DNA from: Gemmatimonadota bacterium
GTDB lineage: Bacteria > Gemmatimonadota > Gemmatimonadetes > Gemmatimonadales > GWC2-71-9
Direction: 5' to 3'
DNA length: 34,204 nt
Assembly: GCA_036679605.1 (NCBI GenBank)
Contig: JAZDCZ010000160.1
Coordinates: 1-34,204 of the forward strand
Shown here: piece by piece, positions 7,076-16,764 of the stretch
Layout of the letters: the number at the start of each line of letters is the position of its first letter
How positions within the stretch are numbered: position 1 is the first letter of the stretch
Notes under the pieces: generated by a model
Seen by the model: only the letters and a program-made list of their open reading frames with translations
What the model was told of the DNA's origin: nothing
The model's database searches: none
Program-made: the position numbers and the translations under genes

Positions 7076-9680
7076 CCGCTTTGCCCATCACCGGCGATTT
7101 GTCGAAGGCTTCCTGGGCCCAAAATAGATAGCCAAGCGCGTAGGCAGGTTGATGAATGTGGAACCTTTCATACTCGAAGAGCTGGCGCATGCCGTACAAG
7201 AACCGGAAGTACGGATCCCCCGGAGCAATGATCTCGGCGATGCAGTTGATCTGCAGGCTGAAGTACCCCTTCCATGTTCCGGTATAAAGAACGGTGGCCT
7301 GGGGATTCTCGGAAAGGTTCTTGAAGGTCTGGCCTCTGAAGATCTCGAGCAGGCCGAGCCTGCGACGGTCGATATGATCGGGGTTGGCGTAGAACTCCCG
7401 CGCGACAGCGATTCTCTCTCCGGCGGTCTCGTCGAAGGGCCGCCCCTTGATCCGCTCTAGACACTCGGCGATGAGGCCCAGGTAGTAGTCGAGATATTCG
7501 TCCTTGGGCAACAGTCCGGTGCCTTTGGTGGAGGAATGTATGCGAAACTGTCCTGCACCGCCCTGAACAGTGCTGACGACAGGCAGATGAGCGTTGAAGA
7601 ACTCGACGGAGTGGCGCTCTTTGATCTTGTCGAAGACCCTCGAGCGTGTCGCCAGTTGCCATTTGAGGAACTCCGAGGGAAGTTCGCATGCGGTTTCCTC
7701 CGGACCCTTGATTTTCTCCACGCCCTTCTTGTGATGGAATTCCATCCCTCCCTCGGTCCACTTGCGAACGACCCCGTCGAAGAACTCTGAAGTTACGCTC
7801 TCCCTTCCTTCCTCGACGGCAACTTGCTCCACCTCCAGGATGATCTGACCCCTGACAACTGCCGGGATTCGTTCCACGCGCGCTTTCACGTCGGGTTCCC
7901 ACGGCAAAGTGGCTTCGGCTTGGCGGCTGTGCTCGTTCCAGCCGCTGAGCTTCTCTTCGACTACCTCCAGGGTGATCTGCGACCAGCCTTTGCGGCCAGC
8001 GAACGCCTCAACACGTGCCCGGGTCATCTCTCGCATGAATCCCTCGGGCACCGACTCCAGGCGACGCATGGCCTCAGTGGTCCAGTCCAGTCCAGTCGCG
8101 GGCGCCACGTTGGACATGCCTGCAACAGGGCAGCGGCGCTCTGCGGTCCCGGACCCATGACTGTCCGCATTGAGCCCTGCACCCTCCCCGGTCTGGTCGA
8201 CCCGCGTGTCGGGTTGAAGCTGCTCCATGCTTTTCGCCATGGTCTGCCGGCCTGCGGCGACGGCCTCCTCGACGATCTTCAAAGTGACCTTTGAGCTTCC
8301 CTGCTCATGCGCGGACGCCTCGATTCGATCTCTCATCGCGTCGCGCATAACGCCGGCAGGAATACGCGCCAAGCGGCTGTTCGCCTTGACCGACCAAGCC
8401 AGCGGTCGTGCAGCGCCGGTCTCGTCCTCGGAATGGCCGCCTTTACCGACCTCGGCGATCATCCCCATCGCTTCCTGGGCCGAAGCAGGCAGGATAGATG
8501 CTACAGCCTTATCAACGATGTCGGAAGTGATGACCGTGTGGCCTTCCTCCCGTGCAAAATCGAGGATCGACTTCCGCGCCATGCCGCGAACGAAACCCGG
8601 AACGCGCGTCATCCGCGCTTCAGCCTCTTTGGTCCAGCTCGTAGTATCCTCTGCAAGTTCCTCGGCGGGTGGCGTGAAAGCGGATGCGGTCAGCAGAACG
8701 TTACACTTAGCGAGCCTCAGTAGATTTTCCGCGGTGGCGCCAAGCTCGTTTCCCTCTTCGGAGTGCAAGCCGCTGCGACCAACGACGAGCGCCCACGGAC
8801 GCTCTTCCTCGACGTAACTCAGAATCGTGGAAAACGCCTTGCCCGCCAGGAGTCGAGTCTTGATCGTGCGTCCCTTCTTCTCGGCAATTTTCTCGGCCGC
8901 GCGGAGCTGAGCCTTGTAAATCTTCGCAAGACCCGAATCGATGATCTCTTCGTGGAGTTGCTCCTGTTCTTCGAAACGGAAGACCTTGCCGGCCTCTTCG
9001 GAGAGGACATTCGCGATCGATCGGAAAGCGACGGTATGAAAGAACGGATCGAAAACCGACACCGCTTCCACTTCGAGGTCCAGTTGCACCGAAAGGTCCA
9101 GAGCGGTTATCAAGCCGCCAAAGGAACGGTCGCTGCCGTCAACCGCGACGCTTATGAGCGGTTGGCAGCGAGAATCCTCCCGTGGCTTGATCTCGTTCTT
9201 GATGACGAGAGCATCGACACCGACGTGTCTGACAACGCGCTCGCAGACACTTCCGATCACGCTTTCGTCGACCGCCCCCAATCCCAATGCGCCGATGATG
9301 ACGAGGTCACTCGAGAGCTTCGCTATGTCTCTGCGCAGTTCGACGTAATGCTTACCCTCCAACGAACGCGCTTCGAAAGAGATGCCTGCTTGCCGACACC
9401 GGCGCTCAAAGACCGTGAGGTAGGAGTCGGTGATGAGTTCCAACCCTTTCGTGATCAGAGAGTCGTGAACATCGCGCTGGCGATTCAGCTCCTCCTCTTC
9501 ACGAAACTTTTCCGGCAGTCCGCCTTCCATCTGGCGGAAACGACGGTCGTGCAACTGTGCGGCATAGACGTGACTGCCCACGAGATGAGCGGAGAACGAG
9601 TCCGCCAGCAGTACTCCGACATCAATGCCCGAGGTCGACAGTGGAGAGTTGTCCACTGCCACGTATATATTATTGTACAC
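7044..9680 (-). CDS. Tandem universal stress protein fused to four PCP_red domains and a C-terminal pyridoxamine-5'-phosphate-oxidase-like (FMN split-barrel) domain
   Basis: GTG after AGGAG; YNNIYVAVDNS...DLVIIGALGLG..IGSVCERVVR and ISVAVDGS...LVVGRSG..LGATAENLLR (two USP domains); four W..EA..R...P repeats; C-terminal QTFKNLSENPQATVLY split-barrel signature. Confidence 0.88.
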   Translation of the reverse strand: MYNNIYVAVDNSPLSTSGIDVGVLLADSFSAHLVGSHVYAAQLHDRRFRQMEGGLPEKFREEEELNRQRDVHDSLITKGLELITDSYLTVFERRCRQAGISFEARSLEGKHYVELRRDIAKLSSDLVIIGALGLGAVDESVIGSVCERVVRHVGVDALVIKNEIKPREDSRCQPLISVAVDGSDRSFGGLITALDLSVQLDLEVEAVSVFDPFFHTVAFRSIANVLSEEAGKVFRFEEQEQLHEEIIDSGLAKIYKAQLRAAEKIAEKKGRTIKTRLLAGKAFSTILSYVEEERPWALVVGRSGLHSEEGNELGATAENLLRLAKCNVLLTASAFTPPAEELAEDTTSWTKEAEARMTRVPGFVRGMARKSILDFAREEGHTVITSDIVDKAVASILPASAQEAMGMIAEVGKGGHSEDETGAARPLAWSVKANSRLARIPAGVMRDAMRDRIEASAHEQGSSKVTLKIVEEAVAAGRQTMAKSMEQLQPDTRVDQTGEGAGLNADSHGSGTAERRCPVAGMSNVAPATGLDWTTEAMRRLESVPEGFMREMTRARVEAFAGRKGWSQITLEVVEEKLSGWNEHSRQAEATLPWEPDVKARVERIPAVVRGQIILEVEQVAVEEGRESVTSEFFDGVVRKWTEGGMEFHHKKGVEKIKGPEETACELPSEFLKWQLATRSRVFDKIKERHSVEFFNAHLPVVSTVQGGAGQFRIHSSTKGTGLLPKDEYLDYYLGLIAECLERIKGRPFDETAGERIAVAREFYANPDHIDRRRLGLLEIFRGQTFKNLSENPQATVLYTGTWKGYFSLQINCIAEIIAPGDPYFRFLYGMRQLFEYERFHIHQPAYALGYLFWAQEAFDKSPVMGKAGAKIAGASAG

Positions 9681-9737
9681 GATGTTTTCTCCTGTAGGAC
9701 TCGGCTGCAGCTGACGACCGACGCATGATCCGTATCC

Positions 9738-10661
9738 TCATCCGCCATACAAGGCGGTGTTTTCGTCTTTTCCATCGAGAGTCGCGAGAAATGCGCTGAT
9801 GTCGAGAAGCTGCCGCACCGTCATGACGTCATGAAACTCGGGCATCTTGGTTATCCCTTCTCCGCTGCGGTAACTGCCTTCACCGCCAGGCTCCACACCC
9901 GGCGGATCGGCGACGATGACCTTGCCGGGATTAATGATCGACTCTAGGATGTAGCTTGGCGTTTGAATCGCCCCGATGGCGGTAAGTTCGGGGCCGATGC
10001 CGCCCCGATATCCTTCGACGAACGACACACCTTCCACTTCGTGGCACTGGAAACACCCCAGCTCTTGAAAGGCGAACCTACCTTCAACAGAATCGCCCTC
10101 GGGCACGTCAAACTCCCCTCCGCTTGCGGCCACTTCGACGGCCCCCGAAGCGAACGGTTCTTGTGCCGTGTGGATATCTGCGGCTGTTCCCTCCTCCATC
10201 TCGACCTCACTCTTGGCGAGCAGGTACAGGATAACGGAGGCGATTTCGTCGTCGCTCAGGGCGATAGGTGGCCGGTTGATCGGCTTCATCAAGTCCTTAG
10301 GATAGCCTTCAACAACGTAGGCGTTAGGGTTGTAAATAGATTCGACTATGTATTCGACAGCGGTCAGTCCCTCGTCCGCTCGCCGGTGCGCAGCGCGCAC
10401 GCCTACCGGTTCGCCAAACTTCTCTCCGAAAACGCCTAAGTTGGGGCACCGTACCGCCGATCCCTCCGAACCGAAGGAGTGACAGGTGTAGCACTTGCCC
10501 TTGCCGAGAAAGATCGCTTCTCCAGCCGCCTCCGAGATCTCGCCGCCGATGACGGCGACACTCCCCGAGCCCGAGATCTCGGTGAGGGTTTCGCCGATGT
10601 AGACGAAGGCAGCAACAATCGCCACGACAAAGAGAACAACCTTTACAAACGGCCCGTTCAT
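9738..10661 (-). CDS. Membrane-anchored diheme cytochrome c (module B)
   Basis: N-terminal TM; CYTCH and CFQCH; YIVESIYNP / YILESIINP; distal Met candidates LMKP and KMPEF; paralogue of 19407-20537. Confidence 0.9.
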   Translation of the reverse strand: MNGPFVKVVLFVVAIVAAFVYIGETLTEISGSGSVAVIGGEISEAAGEAIFLGKGKCYTCHSFGSEGSAVRCPNLGVFGEKFGEPVGVRAAHRRADEGLTAVEYIVESIYNPNAYVVEGYPKDLMKPINRPPIALSDDEIASVILYLLAKSEVEMEEGTAADIHTAQEPFASGAVEVAASGGEFDVPEGDSVEGRFAFQELGCFQCHEVEGVSFVEGYRGGIGPELTAIGAIQTPSYILESIINPGKVIVADPPGVEPGGEGSYRSGEGITKMPEFHDVMTVRQLLDISAFLATLDGKDENTALYGG

Positions 10662-10722
10662 CGTTTTCCTCAGCCTCGGTGGTAACCATGCAGACAGTGG
10701 CCTGCCGCCGGCTATCCTGTCT

Positions 10723-10750
10723 TACTCTTGCCCTACTCCTGCCCTACTCC
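10723..10750. repeat. Short 11-bp tandem repeat (2.5 copies) at a gene end
   Basis: TACTCTTGCCC TACTCCTGCCC TACTCC, overlapping the stop codon of 10744-11538. Confidence 0.55.
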
Positions 10751-11538
10751 GACAGAGCGAAGTTCACCTTCGCCACGCCGCCAGAGGTGACCTCCGCCGC
10801 CTGATCTAGTTCGATCGGCTCGGCGAACTCGTAGGCCACAACCTCACCCTCTTTCGTGATCTCATTGATCACCTTCCAGTGCTCATGCCACATCTTGACC
10901 GTGTACTTGCCTGGCGGCACGTCGGTCAGCTCGAAGTTCCCTTCCGCGTCGGTCACGGCGTAGTAGGGATGATCGACAACGTGAACATAGGCGCTCATCC
11001 AACCGTGTCCGGCATCACACTGCAGCCGCACCACGCCCGATTTCCTGAACGTCTTCGGCAACGCGTTCTTGTCGGGGAACGGTATGTTGTAGTTGGCGGC
11101 GCCGAACATGTGCATGTTGTGGAGAATCTCGTCTGAGCTTTTCAGCGTTATCTTGGACTTTCTCGGAGCGACAGTGATGTGGGGAGAATAGCCGCAATCT
11201 TTCTGATCAATGCGCAGCTCGGACGTGTCCATGGGCTTCCCTTTCTCGATGCCCTCTAGGTAGACTACGGCATTGGCAACCCCTCCCGATGCCGACACCT
11301 GCAGTCGCACCGAATCACGCGTGCCTGTACCGGCCAAGTCGCAGACTTCGGGGTTCTTGTTGATCGCCATGGGCGCAACCGCCGGCGGCGATCCCTTCCA
11401 GGTGACCTTGCCGGTGACCGTTCCTGCGTCGCTTACGTCGATCGCTTCGTATGTCGCACTCGCGACTGCCGGTGTGAGAACCGCCAGCGCCAAAATCATC
11501 GCCGATAGTCCTAACGTGTGCAATACATTCACTCTCAT
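10744..11538 (-). CDS. Exported cupredoxin-like / carboxypeptidase-regulatory-like domain protein (module B)
   Basis: ATG 11538 overlaps the upstream TGA (ATGA); signal peptide ending ASA; GTVTGKV, DQKDCGYSPH, LHNMH, CDAGHGWM (type-1 Cu-like H/C/H/M), DVPPGKYTVKMWHE. Confidence 0.85.
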   Translation of the reverse strand: MRVNVLHTLGLSAMILALAVLTPAVASATYEAIDVSDAGTVTGKVTWKGSPPAVAPMAINKNPEVCDLAGTGTRDSVRLQVSASGGVANAVVYLEGIEKGKPMDTSELRIDQKDCGYSPHITVAPRKSKITLKSSDEILHNMHMFGAANYNIPFPDKNALPKTFRKSGVVRLQCDAGHGWMSAYVHVVDHPYYAVTDAEGNFELTDVPPGKYTVKMWHEHWKVINEITKEGEVVAYEFAEPIELDQAAEVTSGGVAKVNFALSE

Positions 11539-13220
11539 GTTTCGGTCCTCCCAAGCATTGATGTTAGTTTCCGTGCTTTCCGCACTGCCAGCGTCGTGCC
11601 ACCGAGCGTCAGCAACATGCCGCATAGCGCCCAGACGTATCCACGCGGATCGGTCCGACCTTCGAGCAGCACGTAGTACCACGAAGAAATAGAGCACAAG
11701 AGCCCTTCCTCGCCGTTGCCACCGTCCCAGGCCTGGAGGGCGAAAGGGACCAAGGCGCCTGCCACGAACTGAACGTCCGTTTTCACATCGGAAGTCGTCA
11801 GCGAACGCACAATGACGAGCCGCCATCTGCCGTTTTCGAACACCGCCCGGCTCTTGAGTGATTGGCTGTCGCTCTCGTCGGGGACCGGCGCTTTGCCGTA
11901 CCCGGCGGCGTTGCCTTGTTCGGCGACGCGGCCACCGTGAAGAGCGGAATCCTCTTTCCAGTCGGCATGCCAGGTCCACAGGGCAACCGGCTTGCTCGAG
12001 TCCCCCATGAAGAAAAACGGCTTGGCCGCCCCGTCGTTCTGTTTGCTTGGGAACTGGATCTGAAGCTTGTCCGGGAAGTCATCCTTGCGCCGCTTCCACA
12101 GTTCACGGGCATGCACGAACGCATCGTCCCTTTCGAGTGGCGGCATCCAGCGCTCCGGCTCTCGCGACGAAGTGTTTTTGAAGCGATCGTCCCAGGAGAA
12201 GTGAAAAGCTATTTCCTCATCGTTGAATGCTGCGCGCACCCTGACCGCGTCGACGGCCGCGTTGACATGGCGAGGTGTGACGATGACTTGGCCAGCCAAA
12301 GGAACGTCAAGCGGCGGCGGCTCGTGCCAAAAAGGATCGTTGGGATCTACCGGAAGCTTGCCTTGGCGCCGTTTGGCGACCAGGACGATCTGCCCTTCAC
12401 CAGTAGCGTCAATCTGTAGCGACTCGACGTAACAGGCAAGGTTCCACCGCTCTTTCTCATCCAGCGTCTCTGCGTAACCCGGCATCGGCGTACCGTTGAA
12501 CCCGGTAGAAAGAGTGCGGAAGATCTCGCCCAGCGAGTCACCGTTCTTGTATCGCCACGGCTTGGTCAGGTTGGCCGGAAGAATGTCGTCGCCCCAATCG
12601 TCTCTCTGGGTTCCGGCTTCCTTACCGTCGCCTCTTCCGGCAGTACCATGACACTTGATGCATCCGCCCTTCTTTTCGTCCGAGAAGACCGCCTTGCCCG
12701 CGGCCACCCGCTCCGGCGTACATTGCGGTGCGGGGGGTAGTTCGACCAGATACTCATACGGATCGAAGTCTGGGTCGGCGAAGTCCTCGGTCGCAAGCTG
12801 CTTCAGGTAATAAGTCACCTGCCAACGCGCCTCTTCCGCCAACACGAATGGCGGTTCCCCCCACGCCGGCATGGCTGTGCCGGGGACGCCGCGGGAAATC
12901 GTCCGGAACAGATCCTCGTCGGTTGGAAGCTCCCCGCTTAGGGTGGAGCGAAACTTGAAGAGCCCCTCGGTGAAGTCCCTCGGCCGGGGATCGAAGTTAG
13001 GCGCCCCGCCACCGTCCCCTGCACCCTGGTCTCCGTGGCAGAATGCACAATGCTTGAGGTAGACGGCCTTGCCGGCGGAGATAGCGGCATCGTCGACCGG
13101 GAACCGCTGTTTGGCCGCAACTAGCCTCTCCATGTCCCAAGCGTCGCTCTGCGCCCGCACCGTTACAGGCGAGAGGAGCAAGAGGACGACGGCAGCCGCT
13201 CTGTAGATCGGTGCTCTCAT
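11535..13220 (-). CDS. Diheme cytochrome c fused to an ethylbenzene dehydrogenase gamma (EbdC/NxrC-like) heme-binding domain, C-terminal TM anchor (module B)
   Basis: Signal peptide; CAFCHG..G.GDG..PRPRDFT.G.FKFRST..GVPGTAMP; CIKCH..GFNGTPMP; VPLAGQ..VRVRAAFND..FSWDD..D..QIQFP..AWDG..SSWY. Confidence 0.88.
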   Translation of the reverse strand: MRAPIYRAAAVVLLLLSPVTVRAQSDAWDMERLVAAKQRFPVDDAAISAGKAVYLKHCAFCHGDQGAGDGGGAPNFDPRPRDFTEGLFKFRSTLSGELPTDEDLFRTISRGVPGTAMPAWGEPPFVLAEEARWQVTYYLKQLATEDFADPDFDPYEYLVELPPAPQCTPERVAAGKAVFSDEKKGGCIKCHGTAGRGDGKEAGTQRDDWGDDILPANLTKPWRYKNGDSLGEIFRTLSTGFNGTPMPGYAETLDEKERWNLACYVESLQIDATGEGQIVLVAKRRQGKLPVDPNDPFWHEPPPLDVPLAGQVIVTPRHVNAAVDAVRVRAAFNDEEIAFHFSWDDRFKNTSSREPERWMPPLERDDAFVHARELWKRRKDDFPDKLQIQFPSKQNDGAAKPFFFMGDSSKPVALWTWHADWKEDSALHGGRVAEQGNAAGYGKAPVPDESDSQSLKSRAVFENGRWRLVIVRSLTTSDVKTDVQFVAGALVPFALQAWDGGNGEEGLLCSISSWYYVLLEGRTDPRGYVWALCGMLLTLGGTTLAVRKARKLTSMLGRTET

Positions 13221-14152
13221 TCCGCCTTCTCGGGCACACGAGGAGACACGCCTGCAAGATCATACTCGGCCAGTAGAATCTTGAAGGCCTCTTGCTCGCT
13301 GAGGTCTTTCTTCCACCTCGGCATGGCCGAATCCCAAGGCGAGCCCGCAGCAGGCAAGCCAATGCCGCCTTCCATGATGCGCCGAAAAGCATAGCCCTCG
13401 ACGAGGGTGGCGATAGTACCGGGATCGGTGAAGTCAGCGGGGCGCAAGCGCAGCCCTCTTGCTATCACCCCGGTACCGTCGGCCTTACCTCCATGGCACG
13501 GCGAGCAGTTCTTGCCGTAGAGATGGCGCCCCTCTTGAAGCATCGCCTCCTTGAAACGCAAGACGACCTCTCCCTTGCTCAGATCCTCCAGATGGTTGGC
13601 CGCCGCGTAGTCAGCGAGGCGTCTGTCGTCGGGATGTCTGAACGGATTGACCAGGTCGGGGTCATAAGAGATTGTCGGGTGTGCCAACCGCGACTCTAGC
13701 GGCGCCCGCGCGGATGGCATGAAACCGCTAAGGATCATCGCGCCCACGAATAGAGGGACTATCCCCCACAGAACTGCGTGCCGGCATACCCTGCCGGTCT
13801 TGCTGAAATCGCCCCGCAGTAACAGCACCAGCGGGCGCGCGAACTCGCGCATCGACGCGTCGTTATTGGAAGCAACCAGCAACGCGCCGATGGCGATCAA
13901 TACCAAGTAGCTCCAGAACGCCATGGCGGGAACGGGAAGCGGGTTGGTAGCTCCGGTCACGACCATGGCAATACCGGGCAGGACGGTTCCACCGGGCAAT
14001 ACAACTCCGGGAAAGACGACTTTGAAAAAGACCGTCCCGAGCACGAGCGTGGCCACGAAGCTACCAAACGGCCCGTAGCGCCGTGCGTAACGCACGAGCA
14101 CGAAACCCGCGACAGCAAAGGGGCCGATGATCAGGAGAAGCTGGCTGGTCAT
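13217..14152 (-). CDS. Multi-TM monoheme cytochrome c (module B)
   Basis: ATG 14152 overlaps the upstream TGA; about four TM helices; CSPCHG..PADFTDPGTIATLVEG..GGIGLP..PWDSAMPRW; paralogue of 18451-19410. Confidence 0.88.
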   Translation of the reverse strand: MTSQLLLIIGPFAVAGFVLVRYARRYGPFGSFVATLVLGTVFFKVVFPGVVLPGGTVLPGIAMVVTGATNPLPVPAMAFWSYLVLIAIGALLVASNNDASMREFARPLVLLLRGDFSKTGRVCRHAVLWGIVPLFVGAMILSGFMPSARAPLESRLAHPTISYDPDLVNPFRHPDDRRLADYAAANHLEDLSKGEVVLRFKEAMLQEGRHLYGKNCSPCHGGKADGTGVIARGLRLRPADFTDPGTIATLVEGYAFRRIMEGGIGLPAAGSPWDSAMPRWKKDLSEQEAFKILLAEYDLAGVSPRVPEKAE

Positions 14153-16764
14153 GGCCGAGCCTCCTGGGGCACGGAAGCCTTCGAGTCGCCAAGCCCACCA
14201 AGCCAGAAAACGAATGCCACCAAAGCGAAAAAGAGCAGCGTTATGGCGCCCACCACCCACGCCATGTAGGCCATAGTCGGCGTGCCCGCCCCCAGGGAAG
14301 TGTCACGCATGACGCCGAAGATGTGCCAGTCCTCGCGCAGGGCGGAGCGGATGTAGCCCATCAGCCCCATGAGTAACACCACCGAGACACAGCAAAGAAT
14401 CAGGGCGTACTGACTGCGGGGAGGAATCTGTCCCCAACGGATCTTGCCGATCTCGGGAGCACCGCGGAACAAGAACACGTCGAGAGTGGTGTTGAGGGTC
14501 AGGCAGGTCAGCACCATCAGCACTTGGCAGACAGCGATGTTACGCAGGAATGCGTTGGCGTTGACCATGGTGACGAATCCCCAGACACCGAGAAACCCGG
14601 TCACCAGAAACGCAGTGATGCCGAAGTAGATAAACTGGCCGAGCACACCGCGGTTGCTCAGCGTCAGCGCAACGACCAGAACCACGGCCAGCGCCTCGAT
14701 CATGAGGGCGCGGGCCGTCCAATCCATGACCCATCGGTTGCTCAACGGAATCGACAACTCGCTGAGATCGAGATGATGAATCGCTGAAACGTAATAGAGC
14801 AGCAGTCCGATGCATAACGCGGCAACGGCGCCGACCACGCCCTTGCCCAACAACCCGTGGTGCGAGAACGGTCGCACCTCGCCCTTGTTCGCGCGCCGGT
14901 ACATGAGGAACGAAAAAAACGTCGACAGAATGATGAAGTTGACGACCGCGTTCTTTGCCGGCATGAGGCCGAAGTACTTCAACACCGGATGATATTGAGC
15001 GCCCCCCATCAGCGCCCGCTCGGTCCCCGATAGCGGTAGATTGTGCGGCGTCAACCAGACTGCGAAGCTGAAGATGAGTATTGCGGTATTCCAGGGTATG
15101 TACTTACGATAGCGCTCGGCACCGTCTATGCGCTGCATGCCCACCCACAGGTAGTAGTTGGCGGATATGAACAGCATGCCGATGAGCACCGCCTGGATGA
15201 TAAAGGACCAGGAGAACACACCGCCCATCATGTTGTTGCCCATGATGGGGCTAAAAGAGTAGATCTCGCGGCCGAGGTAATAGCCGGCGAATGGCAATGG
15301 CAGCACAGCCGCCATACCTACGAAATTGCCGATGTAGCCCATCCAATCGTAGTGGGCTCTGTCGGCCTCGTTGTCTGCGCCCAAGAATTTGACCGCAGCG
15401 TAGGCCGCAACCACAAAGCCTCCGAAAACCACGTTGGCAATAAAGCGGTGGATGTTGATCGGGTTCCACAGCACGTTGTTCATCGAGCCCCAAGTTGTGC
15501 CGGCGAACTCGAGCGTCACTTCGTTAATCCCGTTGGGCGCCATCATGTAGGTCGCCCACGAGTTGGCGATCATCATCAGTGCGACGCCGAAGATGTTGAG
15601 CAGCAGTCCGAGGAAAAGATGCAGCGCCTTCAAGCTGGTGAAGTAACTTGCGAAGCCGAAGGCGACCATCGTTGCGATCGAGAGCTTCAAGATGGTAAAC
15701 CAGCGCCCTGCCGAGACGTTCGACGCACGGTTGTACGCTTCTATCTTTTCGGCAGCGGCCGCTTCCGCCATAGCGGCGGAGAACGCCTCGGATATATTTT
15801 CGGCAGGCGACTCCTTCAGCACCGACGCGGCTACTTCGGTTACCAGTTCCGCCGCTTCGTCCACGGCCCCGGCGACCTTCTCACGCGCGGCGCGCGCGAT
15901 TTCGGCGCGTTCGGCCTCGCCCACGCCCCCCGGCCCGATTTCTTCCCTTATCCCTGCGCTGACCTCTTCGGCCAGAACCGACAGTGTAGTAGCCACGGCC
16001 TTCTCGCCGATTGACGCGAGAGTCGCGCTCGCTGCCTCGCTCACGGCATTCTCGAGCGCTTCTTTGTCGAAACTCTGACCAAGCCCTCCGTTGCTCGCAG
16101 TCTGCTCCATGAACGAGGTCAGTTCTTCAGCGAGGTCGTCGGCGCGGGCGGCGATCTCGTTGCCGTGCTCCTTTAGGTGACGTACCTCACCTCCACCAAA
16201 CAGCATCAGCCCGAGCGTGATCACGCCCAGGATTGCCGTTGCCACCCAAGCGCCTTTTCGCAGAACGGACTCTCGTCGGTCCGTCGAACTCATCCGCTCC
16301 CACCCGTAGTAATAGAGATAGAGCGTAAAGGCCTCGGCGAAGAACAGGCTCGCGTAAACGTAGAACGACTCATGCATCACCGTTCCGAGCTGGACCATGA
16401 AGCCCGGGTAAAGACCGATGAGCAGAAACGCCAGCAGGCCGCCGAGCGCAGCAGTGGTGGAAAAGGCCGCTGTCAGGAGTTTGGTGAACTCATGGGCGAG
16501 CTTGTCGAAACGCTGGTCTCCTGTCCGGCTCCCGACCAACTCCACTATCACGGCAAAAATGGGAACCCCGAGAACGAAGGCTCCGAACATCAGGTGCAGC
16601 TCCGCAACTACCCACACAATGGTGCGCGAATCCAAGCCGAGAACATCGCGATATGCGACCGTCGCCTCGGCTCCGTGCACCAACATCGGCAGTGCCAGCG
16701 CCGGCAGCGCCAACATGAGTAGAGCGGCTAGGGTTCGCGACACGAACTGCCGAACCTCAGACAT
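14149..16764 (-). CDS. Cytochrome bd-like oxidase subunit I (CydA-like, no Q-loop) with a ~210-aa insertion (module B)
   Basis: WVVAELHLMFGAFVLGVPIF, FFAEAFTLYLYYYGW, IANSWATYMMAP, PINIHRFIAN, HYDWMGYIGNF, MGLMGYIRSALREDWH; many TM helices. Start taken at ATG 16764 (MSEVRQ), which overlaps the upstream gene's end. Confidence 0.88.
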   Translation of the reverse strand: MSEVRQFVSRTLAALLMLALPALALPMLVHGAEATVAYRDVLGLDSRTIVWVVAELHLMFGAFVLGVPIFAVIVELVGSRTGDQRFDKLAHEFTKLLTAAFSTTAALGGLLAFLLIGLYPGFMVQLGTVMHESFYVYASLFFAEAFTLYLYYYGWERMSSTDRRESVLRKGAWVATAILGVITLGLMLFGGGEVRHLKEHGNEIAARADDLAEELTSFMEQTASNGGLGQSFDKEALENAVSEAASATLASIGEKAVATTLSVLAEEVSAGIREEIGPGGVGEAERAEIARAAREKVAGAVDEAAELVTEVAASVLKESPAENISEAFSAAMAEAAAAEKIEAYNRASNVSAGRWFTILKLSIATMVAFGFASYFTSLKALHLFLGLLLNIFGVALMMIANSWATYMMAPNGINEVTLEFAGTTWGSMNNVLWNPINIHRFIANVVFGGFVVAAYAAVKFLGADNEADRAHYDWMGYIGNFVGMAAVLPLPFAGYYLGREIYSFSPIMGNNMMGGVFSWSFIIQAVLIGMLFISANYYLWVGMQRIDGAERYRKYIPWNTAILIFSFAVWLTPHNLPLSGTERALMGGAQYHPVLKYFGLMPAKNAVVNFIILSTFFSFLMYRRANKGEVRPFSHHGLLGKGVVGAVAALCIGLLLYYVSAIHHLDLSELSIPLSNRWVMDWTARALMIEALAVVLVVALTLSNRGVLGQFIYFGITAFLVTGFLGVWGFVTMVNANAFLRNIAVCQVLMVLTCLTLNTTLDVFLFRGAPEIGKIRWGQIPPRSQYALILCCVSVVLLMGLMGYIRSALREDWHIFGVMRDTSLGAGTPTMAYMAWVVGAITLLFFALVAFVFWLGGLGDSKASVPQEARP

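Noticed and set aside
5207..9680. Photosynthesis (bchB/chlB) genes suggested by PCP_red domains
   Set aside because: Only the small C-terminal domain is present; no nitrogenase-like catalytic domain and no other bch genes.
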